Shown here: positions 46,311-54,668 of the stretch, piece after piece
How the letters are laid out: every line of letters begins with the position of its first letter
How positions within the stretch are numbered: position 1 is the first letter of the stretch
IMG/VR virus record: IMGVR_UViG_3300048854_000074
Coordinates: 6,118 to 70,117 of that record
Source: a virus
Taxonomy: Duplodnaviria > Caudoviricetes
Direction: 5' to 3' (one strand)
DNA: 64,000 nt
Notes under the pieces: generated by a model
The model's database searches: none
Seen by the model: the letters and a program-made list of their open reading frames with translations, nothing else
Told to the model about the DNA's origin: nothing
Position numbers and translations under genes: made by a program

Positions 46311-46406
46311 TCGAGTCCCCTTGCAGTTACCGACTCCCCGAGCCGATAGCAACAAGGCGATTCAAGAGCTTTACACATTGCCATTAGGACAACTACGGAG
46401 TAGGAA

Positions 46407-46685
46407 ATGGACATCAAAGGCATCAGCAAGGCAAAGATCCTCGCAGCGCTTTACAACGCAAGTCGTCCGCAGGGGATGGGATTTCTGCAGGCGAAGAACG
46501 GCGACATGACCGAGCAGGAAGCGCAGAAGCTTCTCGACGCGGGGCAGACCTACTTCGACTACCTGCATGGCCGGGTGATGAAGATCGACCTGAGCGGCAA
46601 CGAACTGCGAACCGCGCTGTATGACCGCGACAACGGGCAGGGCGCAGCAGAGGATGCGATCACGCGGGCTCTCTGCGCCGCCTAA
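46407..46685 (+). CDS. Conserved-looking phage protein
   Basis: YFDYLHGRVMKIDL...LYDRDNG; RBS. Confidence 0.75.
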   Translation: MDIKGISKAKILAALYNASRPQGMGFLQAKNGDMTEQEAQKLLDAGQTYFDYLHGRVMKIDLSGNELRTALYDRDNGQGAAEDAITRALCAA

Positions 46686-46710
46686 CCGCCAAACAGCATA
46701 GGAGGGAAGG

Positions 46711-46962
46711 ATGAGCAAATTCGAAGGAACGCCGTGGTCGATCGACACGAACCACGACAAGGAAATCGAGATCGTTGGCGCGGGCGCTTGGGTCGACAAC
46801 GACGACCGAGACAGCGGCGTCGAGATTGCGAACTTGTTGTCGGCTGCGCCGGAGCTATTCGAACTGGTTGAGCTTGCTAATCACGGTTTCAAAGGCTCGC
46901 ATACAGTCGCATGGCAAGAGAAGGCTCGCGCCTCAATCGCAAAGGCCAGAGGCCAATCATGA
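46711..46962 (+). CDS. Hypothetical protein
   Basis: TPW...ANLLSAAPEL...ARASIAKARG pattern. Confidence 0.7.
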   Translation: MSKFEGTPWSIDTNHDKEIEIVGAGAWVDNDDRDSGVEIANLLSAAPELFELVELANHGFKGSHTVAWQEKARASIAKARGQS

Positions 46963-47096
46963 CCGGCTACACCGCAACCTTCGCTGCCCTCCAAAACGCC
47001 TATCACGTCCTGATCGAGTTTGTATGCGCTGATGGCCATCGAATCACTTGCCGGCATATTGAGATTGATTGGCAGACTAATTTTCTGTGGTGTTGA
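46959..47096 (+). CDS. Small hypothetical protein
   Basis: ATGA-coupled. Confidence 0.45.
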   Translation: MTGYTATFAALQNAYHVLIEFVCADGHRITCRHIEIDWQTNFLWC

Positions 47097-47206
47097 TATG
47101 ACCGAAAAGAGTGTGACTTTAAAAACTGGCTCTGCGGAATAACGTGTGTAATTCATGATTCTCCACTATAATTAAAATTCGGAATAACGTGTGGAAAGGA
47201 GGGGTC

Positions 47207-47662
47207 ATGAAGATTCAAGATGGGCATAAGCTGGTACCGGTTGAGCCGGTGGCGTGGCAATACCGAACGAAGATGGGCGAGTGGGATGTCGTCGATAAAC
47301 GACAAGTCGATTGGCACGTCTCGAGAGGTTTCGAAATTCGGCCGCTCTACGCCGCCCAGACCGCCCAATCGGGTGAAGCAGAATTTCATGAGGCGGTTGT
47401 CAAGCTTGTTTGCGACATGCTTAATGCATGGATGCAAGGCATCTCGTACATCGAAGTGCCATCGGGACTGCAATGTCGCGTTGAGGCGCTGCTTACTTCG
47501 CCGAAGCCGGCACAGACGAGACGAGAGCTGGCGGATGAAACTCTCGGCCGACAGTTTCGCGATTACTTCGGACATATCACGCCGGAGGAAGCGTGCAGAA
47601 CAATTAACGAATTGCAGGCCAAATTGACCGCCGCGCAGTCCGCAAGCGGAGCGTGCGAGTAA
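47207..47662 (+). CDS. IS passenger gene resembling phage Ead/Ea22-type modules
   Basis: RBS GGAGG; KLVPVEPVAW...PLYAA motif. Confidence 0.7.
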   Translation: MKIQDGHKLVPVEPVAWQYRTKMGEWDVVDKRQVDWHVSRGFEIRPLYAAQTAQSGEAEFHEAVVKLVCDMLNAWMQGISYIEVPSGLQCRVEALLTSPKPAQTRRELADETLGRQFRDYFGHITPEEACRTINELQAKLTAAQSASGACE

Positions 47663-49111
47663 GTGACCGACATTCTCGACCTTCCCGGCTGGGTACCGAC
47701 TGGCACGCGCACGCAGGACGACCAATACATAATCTCGGCTGACTACACAGTTTTTCCTGAGGCGTGCCAAAAATGCGGCGTAATTGGCCGAGTTTATAAG
47801 CACGGCCCCAAAATGATCATTTTTCGAGATAGCCCTATTCGGGGCCGTCCGGTGAGCATCGAGGCCAACGCCCAGCGCTTCAGATGCAGGGAATGCGGGG
47901 GCACGTTTATCCAGCCCTTGGGTGGCATTCATCCAGCCTCGCGCATGACGGCTCGTTGCGTCCAGTACATCGAGGAGCAGTGCCTGCGCGACACCTTCAC
48001 TCGCATCGCTGAGCACGTTGGCTGCGACGACAAGACCGTCCGAACCCTGGCCGGCGACTACATCAACCGCGTGAATGCGGAGTACAAGCCCTGGATGCCA
48101 GAGTGGCTGGGCATCGATGAGACGCAGATTGACGGCAAGCTCCGTTGCATCATCACCGACGTTGTCAACCGCGTCCCCATCGACATGCTGCCAGACCGCG
48201 ACAAGCCGCTGGTGACGGCTTGGCTGCATCAGTTCAAGGAACGCGGCGGCGTCAAGGGCCTCGCCATCGACATGTGGCGCCCATACAAGGATGCGGCGCA
48301 GTCTGTCTTCCCTGGTCTGCCGGTCGTTATCGACAAGTTCCATTTGGTCAGAATGGCGAACCGCGCCATGGACGACATCCGCATCACGCTGGCCAAGGAC
48401 CAAGAGAAGGCCGTGGGTCGGGACTGGATGCGGCGCAAGGCGCTGCTCCGGATGCGATACAAGAACCTCGACGAACAGGGTCGCTTCAACCTCCAGATGT
48501 GGCTGGACAACGAGCCGTACGTGGCGAACGCCTACCGGCTGAAGGAAGCGTTCTACGACATCTATGACGCGCCGTCCAAGGCTGAAGCCGCAGAGCGACT
48601 GGACGAATGGCGCAAGTCTGTGCCGGCCGCCATGAAGAAGGGCAAGAAGAGCTTCCAGCCGTTGCTCACGTCCACCCGGAACTGGCGAGAGGAAATGCTC
48701 GCCTACTTTGACCACCCGATTTCGAACGGCTACACGGAAGCCCTGAACGGCGTCGCGAAAGTCATCAACCGCGCTGGTCGCGGCTACAGCTTCGAGGTAC
48801 TGCGCGCCCGGCTGCTGTACGGGAAGCTGCACAAGAAGGAACCAGTGGAGGGCCACATGAAGAAACGAACTGCTGACCAGGTCGAAAGGCAAGTCGCGCT
48901 CGTTGAGGCGCTTGGCAGTCGATGCGGCTCGTGCAATGGCGTGTTCGACCCTGACGAGTTGGAGGCACACACACTGCCGCCCATCACAAAGGATGAGATT
49001 CGCCGGGAAGCAAGCCGTCGCGCCTACCCGAAACGGGTGTATGTCTGCTCGACCTGTTATCGACGATTCCACACGGAGAGAGCTGGTCATGGCTCACAGA
49101 CTTCCACATGA
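47663..49111 (+). CDS. ISL3 transposase with C-terminal CxxC..CxxC extension
   Basis: N-terminal Zn finger CQKC/CREC, LGIDE, IDMW, IDKFH, NGYTEALNG. Confidence 0.95.
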   Translation: MTDILDLPGWVPTGTRTQDDQYIISADYTVFPEACQKCGVIGRVYKHGPKMIIFRDSPIRGRPVSIEANAQRFRCRECGGTFIQPLGGIHPASRMTARCVQYIEEQCLRDTFTRIAEHVGCDDKTVRTLAGDYINRVNAEYKPWMPEWLGIDETQIDGKLRCIITDVVNRVPIDMLPDRDKPLVTAWLHQFKERGGVKGLAIDMWRPYKDAAQSVFPGLPVVIDKFHLVRMANRAMDDIRITLAKDQEKAVGRDWMRRKALLRMRYKNLDEQGRFNLQMWLDNEPYVANAYRLKEAFYDIYDAPSKAEAAERLDEWRKSVPAAMKKGKKSFQPLLTSTRNWREEMLAYFDHPISNGYTEALNGVAKVINRAGRGYSFEVLRARLLYGKLHKKEPVEGHMKKRTADQVERQVALVEALGSRCGSCNGVFDPDELEAHTLPPITKDEIRREASRRAYPKRVYVCSTCYRRFHTERAGHGSQTST

Positions 49112-49538
49112 TTTTCCGGAGAGCCTAAAAACTCCGGCGCCGATCGCGATCAGCGTCGAGAAGATTGCCGAGGTTGCGAGAAAGTACGCCATCGGCAATC
49201 CTCGCCTTGATGCGCTTCAGGGCTTTGTCAACGAAATCATTCTCGTCAACGGTGCTGAGTACGCAGCCGATAGCCAAGACGAGCTGACTCATTGCCCTCA
49301 ATGCCGTACGGCGTTGCAGTATATCGAATGCTCCCACTGCGGATTCGACACTTCACGCGCCACCGTCAGAAAGCACCATGAAAGCGGCGTACACACTGGC
49401 GAAAAGGACATCTTGATCGACTTGCTCTGCGGCCAACTTAGCGCAGCGGTCTACTTTACAAATAGCAAAGAATTCAACAAGAGCGAAGCCCTTGCACTCA
49501 TAGAGAAAGCCCGCGCCATTCTGGAGTCATCCAAATGA
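49089..49538 (+). CDS. IS-interrupted phage gene (original start 47098) with a possible new start inside the IS end
   Basis: MTEKSVTLKT|PAPIAIS split at the TSD; in-frame ATG 49089 after GGAGAG. Confidence 0.65.
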   Translation: MAHRLPHDFPESLKTPAPIAISVEKIAEVARKYAIGNPRLDALQGFVNEIILVNGAEYAADSQDELTHCPQCRTALQYIECSHCGFDTSRATVRKHHESGVHTGEKDILIDLLCGQLSAAVYFTNSKEFNKSEALALIEKARAILESSK

Positions 49539-49681
49539 ACCTCACAACCTACATCAACGTCGCCTATGTCTGGGACGGAATCATCCTGTGGGCCGCGTTG
49601 GCACTGGCAGCGATGGCATTCAACCGTGGCGCCAGCGAGCGTCTTAACGATGGCGAAGAGCCGGTGGGGAGGGAAGCGTGA
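49535..49681 (+). CDS. Small membrane peptide
   Basis: Coupled at both ends; hydrophobic helix. Confidence 0.5.
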   Translation: MNLTTYINVAYVWDGIILWAALALAAMAFNRGASERLNDGEEPVGREA

Positions 49682-49872
49682 AATACCAACAGGGCAGCAC
49701 AACAGCCGGAGTACTCGGCACTCTGTTCGTGATCGGATTCTTTGCAGCATGGTTGACGCATATCGTTGACTGCTTCACGCAACACACGTGGGGCCTGCTG
49801 ATTGCCGGCGCGATCTTCTTTCCGGTCGGGATTGTGCATGGAGTCGGGGTCTGGTTTGGCTTCTGGGCGTAG
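49678..49872 (+). CDS. Small two-TM membrane protein
   Basis: ORF track; AWLTHIVDC...IFFPVGIVHG. Confidence 0.7.
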   Translation: MKYQQGSTTAGVLGTLFVIGFFAAWLTHIVDCFTQHTWGLLIAGAIFFPVGIVHGVGVWFGFWA

Positions 49873-49881
49873 GAGGCAGAT

Positions 49882-50133
49882 ATGAGCGACTCAACGATTG
49901 AAGAGCGCGTGAAGAAAATCATCCGCGCGCAGATGTCGACATACGGCGCGACTGTTGCCGAGATGCCGAACGATTACACGCTCGACGCGGCCGGGTTCGA
50001 CTCGCTGGACTTGCTTGAGGCGACGATGTCGATCGAAGACGAGTTCGGGATCGAAATCAGCGATGAGACTGCATGGGCGGTCAAGTTGGTTCAGGACTTT
50101 ATTGATGCGGTAACGCAGAAGGTGACGGCATGA
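49882..50133 (+). CDS. Phage-encoded acyl carrier protein
   Basis: IEERVKKII...GFDSLDLLE...IEDEFGIEISDE, with the phosphopantetheine Ser motif. Confidence 0.92.
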   Translation: MSDSTIEERVKKIIRAQMSTYGATVAEMPNDYTLDAAGFDSLDLLEATMSIEDEFGIEISDETAWAVKLVQDFIDAVTQKVTA

Positions 50134-50375
50134 AAAAGATAGCGATTGTTTTGGCAATGATTGCGCTGGCAGGCTGCACCGATGAAACCGCAGCGCGAAA
50201 GGCACTCGAGGGCTCTGGCTTCAAGGACATCAAGCTGACCGGCTATTCGTACTTCGGTTGCGATAAGAACGATACGTTCCACACCGGATTTGAGGCGCGC
50301 GGACCATCCGGTCAATTTGTTGAAGGCGTCGTTTGCTCCGGCTGGATGAAGGGTGCAACTGTTCGGTTCAACTAG
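50130..50375 (+). CDS. Small lipoprotein
   Basis: Lipobox LAGC. Confidence 0.8.
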   Translation: MKKIAIVLAMIALAGCTDETAARKALEGSGFKDIKLTGYSYFGCDKNDTFHTGFEARGPSGQFVEGVVCSGWMKGATVRFN

Positions 50376-50383
50376 GAGCAGCC

Positions 50384-50509
50384 ATGCAACAACTAGATGA
50401 CTGGATCGCCATTAACCGTGCGTGGCTCGACGAGCAGATGCGGATTCAGCGGGCTCTGGATGAGGCTGCGTGGTTGAGGTTTCGGCGGCGGTTGCTGCCG
50501 TTTGATTGA
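50384..50509 (+). CDS. Small hypothetical protein
   Basis: RBS AGGAG; 41 aa. Confidence 0.45.
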   Translation: MQQLDDWIAINRAWLDEQMRIQRALDEAAWLRFRRRLLPFD

Positions 50510-50529
50510 TCAATAACAGGGGGGGCGAA

Positions 50530-50904
50530 ATGACTGATATCACGGGACCCATCTCAACATTACCGGGCGCACATCACCCAGTACCGGAGGCGCGTACGTG
50601 TGACACCCACCTGGATCGGCCGGCAACGTACCGCATCCAGGGCGAAACCGATTCGTTTGGCAGCGAGTTGCACGACATGTGCGACGAGTGTTACGCCGAA
50701 CACAAATCGGTGATGGCTGCGACGGCTGCCGAGCGAGCGACTGGCACTTGCGAATGGTGCGGCAATCATGCAACGGACTTGCGCTCTACTCGTGACTATG
50801 ACGAAGGATCATACGGTCGTCTGTATGACGTCTGCTTCGCCTGCCGCAAGCGCGCCAACGAAGAGGCCCAGAAAGAACTGGACCGATACGGTTACTACGA
50901 CTGA
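50530..50904 (+). CDS. Zn-finger hypothetical protein
   Basis: CDEC, CEWC, CFAC. Confidence 0.7.
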   Translation: MTDITGPISTLPGAHHPVPEARTCDTHLDRPATYRIQGETDSFGSELHDMCDECYAEHKSVMAATAAERATGTCEWCGNHATDLRSTRDYDEGSYGRLYDVCFACRKRANEEAQKELDRYGYYD

Positions 50905-50912
50905 TTACCCCA

Positions 50913-51059
50913 AGCCAGCGCGGCTCCAACAGCGTCAAGTCAGGTGGGAAGCCTGGCGCCCTGACATGTGGCGATGATCGGTAGCGGGCGGGATGCCCTG
51001 AAACAGAGCGCCCTTCGTCGTCACACATCAGGGCCAAAGCGGATGGCGCGCGGAAGGCT
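50913..51059 (+). ncRNA. Putative structured intergenic RNA element
   Basis: Nested helices AGCC/GGCT, GCCCTGA/TCAGGGC, GCGATGA/TCGTCGT, GGGCG/CGCCC. Confidence 0.5.
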
Positions 51060-51061
51060 GT

Positions 51062-51307
51062 ATGAGTAAGCGCGCTGCAGCGAGTAGTCCTTACACCATT
51101 TCGGAGTGCATAACTATGGGAAAGCGTGCAAATCAAGCCATCTGGGACATGTTTAAACCAGACAACAAGGCAGAAGACGAACCCGAATACTCCCCAGAAG
51201 AAGACTGGGAAGTGGGATTCAGTGACTGGAAGTGGAACAAGGACGACGACAGGGCGGTGCCAGTGCGCCATGTGCGGCTGCTAGATGAATGCGGGAGGGG
51301 GCGATGA
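51062..51307 (+). CDS. Hypothetical protein
   Basis: ORF track. Confidence 0.45.
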   Translation: MSKRAAASSPYTISECITMGKRANQAIWDMFKPDNKAEDEPEYSPEEDWEVGFSDWKWNKDDDRAVPVRHVRLLDECGRGR

Positions 51308-51546
51308 GTGAGATCAAAGACGGTGGGCCGGCGTTTCCGGTCTTGCGCGATGACGTTGCGCAGAACGATGCATGGGGCGGCATGACGCTGCGCGATTATT
51401 TCGCGGCGAAGGCTTTGACAGGGCTGCTTTCATATCCGGGCGACGCGCAGCGAGGCAGCTATCACAACAATTCATCGCCCGAGTATGTCGCGCTTGACGC
51501 TTACGAATACGCCGACGCCATGCTCCGCGCCCGAGGTGCAGCATGA
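51304..51546 (+). CDS. Conserved-looking phage protein
   Basis: GGPAFP...GMTLRDYFAAKAL...ADAML. Confidence 0.8.
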   Translation: MSEIKDGGPAFPVLRDDVAQNDAWGGMTLRDYFAAKALTGLLSYPGDAQRGSYHNNSSPEYVALDAYEYADAMLRARGAA

Positions 51547-51731
51547 GTGCCACATTCGAATCGACCGACGACTACACGGTCTGCATTAGCGACAAGGGCT
51601 ACGCCCGCCTCAACGACGAGCAACGCCTAGCCGAGCTTGATCCTATTTACGACGCAGTGAAGATCGGCAGCGTGGCGGGTTCGGTGATCGCTGTTGCGAT
51701 TCTGGTGATTCGACAGATTAAGGGGGTGTGA
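51543..51731 (+). CDS. Small membrane-anchored protein
   Basis: C-terminal TM segment. Confidence 0.55.
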   Translation: MSATFESTDDYTVCISDKGYARLNDEQRLAELDPIYDAVKIGSVAGSVIAVAILVIRQIKGV

Positions 51732-51732
51732 G

Positions 51733-51957
51733 ATGGATCTGCATATGGTTGATTTGCGCACTGTGACGACCACGGTGCAACTGACTCACGCTGAACGTAT
51801 GGCAGCGCAAATGCGCCATCTGGCAGCGATGAACGACTCGCAGCTTGCCGAGAAGAAGGCGAGGAATGCACGACGCGGGCTGGTGCCGATGGCTATCGGG
51901 CTGGCTCATGTACCGGCGAATGTGGCGCGGGCTTTTACGCACATCAAGGTTGCTTGA
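51733..51957 (+). CDS. Hypothetical protein
   Basis: ORF track. Confidence 0.55.
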   Translation: MDLHMVDLRTVTTTVQLTHAERMAAQMRHLAAMNDSQLAEKKARNARRGLVPMAIGLAHVPANVARAFTHIKVA

Positions 51958-51981
51958 CACAACGGATAACAGGGGAAAGAC

Positions 51982-52287
51982 ATGAAGATCAAGATTGAGG
52001 GATGGCTGTATGCCCAACACAACGAATACAACCCGGCAGCGCCGCGCATCAGCTTCTGGGAGGGCAAGGAAACGAAATTTTGGGTGTCACAGGGTTACAT
52101 CCCTGTGTGCGAGCACACCATCGAAGTCGAGTCGGCCGATGTAGACATCATCGGTGGTCAGGTGCAATGCCTGATTGCCAAGCGTGACAAGCTGACCGAG
52201 GAATTCACGGCGGCGACGTCGAGGATTGATGACGCCCTGGCACAACTTAAGTGCCTGACGTTTGACTCAAGCGGAGTCGTCTCATGA
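51982..52287 (+). CDS. Hypothetical protein
   Basis: ORF track; RBS. Confidence 0.6.
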   Translation: MKIKIEGWLYAQHNEYNPAAPRISFWEGKETKFWVSQGYIPVCEHTIEVESADVDIIGGQVQCLIAKRDKLTEEFTAATSRIDDALAQLKCLTFDSSGVVS

Positions 52288-52386
52288 CGCACGACGACGG
52301 GCCAAGTTGGCGGCAGGCACAAGAAGAACAGGAGCAAGCGGAGTATCTGGAGTGGATGGAATCTCAATCAAACAGGAGATCAGAAA

Positions 52387-53049
52387 ATGAGCATTGCAAC
52401 TCTAATCATCGGCGAGAGCGGCACCGGGAAATCGACCAGCTTGAGAAATCTAGACCCTGGCAAGACCCTTTTGATTCAGGCAGTCAAGAAGCCCCTCCCA
52501 TTCAGATCCAACGCTTGGAGGCCGGTTGTTAGGGGCGAGGGCGGATCGGTGTACGTGACGGACGACAGCGCAAAGATTGTTGGGGCCATGCGCAAGACAG
52601 ATAGGGAGATCATCGTCATTGACGACTTCCAATATGTGCTTGCGAATGAGTTCATGCGGCGCGTCACGGACGTTGAAACGGGAAACGGCGCATTCGCCAA
52701 GTACAACGATATCGCCCGCCATGCATGGGATGTACTGATGGAGGCGAGTGCTTTGGCGGATCACAAGCGTGTCTACATCCTGAGCCATACCAGCACCGAC
52801 GATTTCGGCAAGACGAAGATCAAGACCATCGGTAAGTTGCTCGATGAAAAGATCGTGATGGAAGGGCTGGTCACGATCGTATTACGCACAGCGGTATCGA
52901 GCGGAGATTACACGTTCAGTACCAAAAACAGCGGGTCGGACACAGTGAAATCACCCATCGGCCTGTTCGATTCCGATCACATTGAGAATGACCTTGCAGC
53001 AGTTGACGCGGCCATTACCGAATACTACTCACTCAAACAAGCAGCATAA
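52387..53049 (+). CDS. AAA_24/Sak4-like recombination ATPase
   Basis: GESGTGKS Walker A; IVIDD Walker B. Confidence 0.85.
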   Translation: MSIATLIIGESGTGKSTSLRNLDPGKTLLIQAVKKPLPFRSNAWRPVVRGEGGSVYVTDDSAKIVGAMRKTDREIIVIDDFQYVLANEFMRRVTDVETGNGAFAKYNDIARHAWDVLMEASALADHKRVYILSHTSTDDFGKTKIKTIGKLLDEKIVMEGLVTIVLRTAVSSGDYTFSTKNSGSDTVKSPIGLFDSDHIENDLAAVDAAITEYYSLKQAA

Positions 53050-53061
53050 GGAAAATCAGAA

Positions 53062-53721
53062 ATGTACTCACTCGACAAGCAAGCCGCGATGAACGCAGAC
53101 AAGACGTCGAACTGGCTCACCGATACCGGCAAGTACATCGGCCGCATTGCGTGCGGCGAGGATATCAAGGCGTCCACCGGAACGCGCGGCATTGCGCTGA
53201 CGCTTCAGGCCGACGATGGGCGCGAGACGCGTCAATTCATCTACACGGTCAAACCGGACGGCGAGAAGCTGTCGGGATATGACTTGGTGATGGCATTGAT
53301 GACGTGCTTGCGATTGCGCGATATCAAGCCAGCTAGCGGCCCCGTAAAGCGATGGGACGGGGAAGCCAAACAGGAATTCACTGAGCAAGGAACGGTGTTT
53401 CCTGAACTGGCGAATAAGCCCATTGGCTTTCTGCTGCAGAAGACAGAGGAACCGAGCCGAAAGAATCCCGGCGAGACGGCATGGACAGCAAAGTTGGTCG
53501 CCGTGTTCGATCCACAAACGGAGTTGATGGCAGCAGAAATACTCACAGGAAAAAAGGAACCGGTAATGCTGGCACAGAAAGTAGCCACGCTTGCCGACCG
53601 CCCGATGAAGACGCGTGCTTCGGCATCGCGCTCGACCACCCCTGCGGGCGGAGGAGCTGACCCAGACGACGACATTCCGTTCAGCCCCGCATTTGCGCGT
53701 GCGGCATGGTCGATTATTTAA
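53062..53721 (+). CDS. Single-stranded DNA-binding protein (Sak4 partner)
   Basis: Follows the Sak4-like gene; acidic DDDIPF near the C-terminus. Confidence 0.75.
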   Translation: MYSLDKQAAMNADKTSNWLTDTGKYIGRIACGEDIKASTGTRGIALTLQADDGRETRQFIYTVKPDGEKLSGYDLVMALMTCLRLRDIKPASGPVKRWDGEAKQEFTEQGTVFPELANKPIGFLLQKTEEPSRKNPGETAWTAKLVAVFDPQTELMAAEILTGKKEPVMLAQKVATLADRPMKTRASASRSTTPAGGGADPDDDIPFSPAFARAAWSII

Positions 53722-53731
53722 GGAGCCGACA

Positions 53732-54496
53732 ATGGACGTAACGATCGATATAGAGACAATCCCGAACCAAGACCCGGCAGTCCTCGATGCAATCCGGGCA
53801 AGTCTTGCTGATAATTTCAAAGCTCCGTCGACGATGACGAAGGAGCAGGCATGCAAAGAACTGGGGATGACGGACCCGGACAAGATCAAGTTCACTAGCA
53901 AAGACAGCGCACTTGCTGCATGGGCTGAGCGGTTCAAAGAAGAAAAAGGCGAGGAGGCAGCGCAAGAATTGTGGCGCAAGACCTCGTTTGACGGCGGATC
54001 GGGTCAGATCGCCGTTGTCGGTATCGCGTTGGACGACGCTGAGCCGATTACGTTCTACTCGGAAGATTGGGCAAACGATGAAGCCAAGGTGTTGCGTGCT
54101 GCGTTCGACGCCATCAAGGATGTGTACACGCCGAGCTCCGATCGTCGCCCGGTATTCATCGGCCACTACGTGACCGAGTTCGACTTGCGCTTTATCTTTC
54201 AGCGTGCGGTTGTTCTGGGCATCAAGCCGCCGTCGATCATTCCTTTCCACGCCCGTCCGTGGGATGACCATGTTTTTGACACGATGACGCGCTGGGCGGG
54301 TATCAAGGGCAGCGTCAAGCTCGACAAGCTTTGCGATGCACTTGGCCTGGCAGGAAAGACGGAAGGCATGGACGGCTCGCAGGTGTGGGATTACGTAAAG
54401 GCTGGTCGCATCGCTGAGGTTGCTACGTATTGCGCCAATGATGTACGCATGGCTCGCGCTGCGTATAAGCGGATGACGTTCGCACAAGCCGCCTAA
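53732..54496 (+). CDS. DnaQ/PolB-type 3'-5' exonuclease
   Basis: IDIET, GHYVTEFD, YCANDV. Confidence 0.88.
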   Translation: MDVTIDIETIPNQDPAVLDAIRASLADNFKAPSTMTKEQACKELGMTDPDKIKFTSKDSALAAWAERFKEEKGEEAAQELWRKTSFDGGSGQIAVVGIALDDAEPITFYSEDWANDEAKVLRAAFDAIKDVYTPSSDRRPVFIGHYVTEFDLRFIFQRAVVLGIKPPSIIPFHARPWDDHVFDTMTRWAGIKGSVKLDKLCDALGLAGKTEGMDGSQVWDYVKAGRIAEVATYCANDVRMARAAYKRMTFAQAA

Positions 54497-54499
54497 CCT

Positions 54500-54638
54500 C
54501 CACGCACCCCTCGCCACCAATCTCCTGATGAAGCCTACGGGTACGAATCTCAGTAACGGCGAGTGGTGCGCCCCTAAACCTTGCGGTGGTCCCCGCGAGT
54601 GCGTGGTTGGAAGGGGCGCTTCCTCGGCCCCTCTTTTT
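54500..54638 (+). promoter_or_regulatory. Terminator with competing antiterminator helix (attenuator-like)
   Basis: AGGGGC/GCCCCT-CTTTTT terminator; GCGCCCCT (54568-54575) can pair with AGGGGCGC. Confidence 0.55.
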
Positions 54639-54668
54639 CCACCCTGATAACTCTCACGAGAGACGAGC

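Larger units (their letters stand above)
47128..49125 (+). mobile_element. ISL3-family insertion sequence with passenger gene
   Basis: 24-bp imperfect terminal IRs (19/24) starting GGCTCT; 8-bp target duplication TAAAAACT at 47120-47127 and 49126-49133. Confidence 0.92.

Noticed and set aside
45137-46429. - strand ORFs 45137-45454, 45522-46037 and 46004-46429
   Set aside because: No RBS, atypical composition, antisense to PL; the region is better explained by RNA structure
47153-49090. 645-aa - strand ORF
   Set aside because: Antisense shadow of the GC-rich ISL3 transposase; no recognisable motifs
54520-54563. Hammerhead-ribozyme-like CTGATGA...GAA core
   Set aside because: Stem II lacks the G10.1-C11.1 pair, GAAT replaces GAAA, and no stem III/UH or stem I partner can be formed
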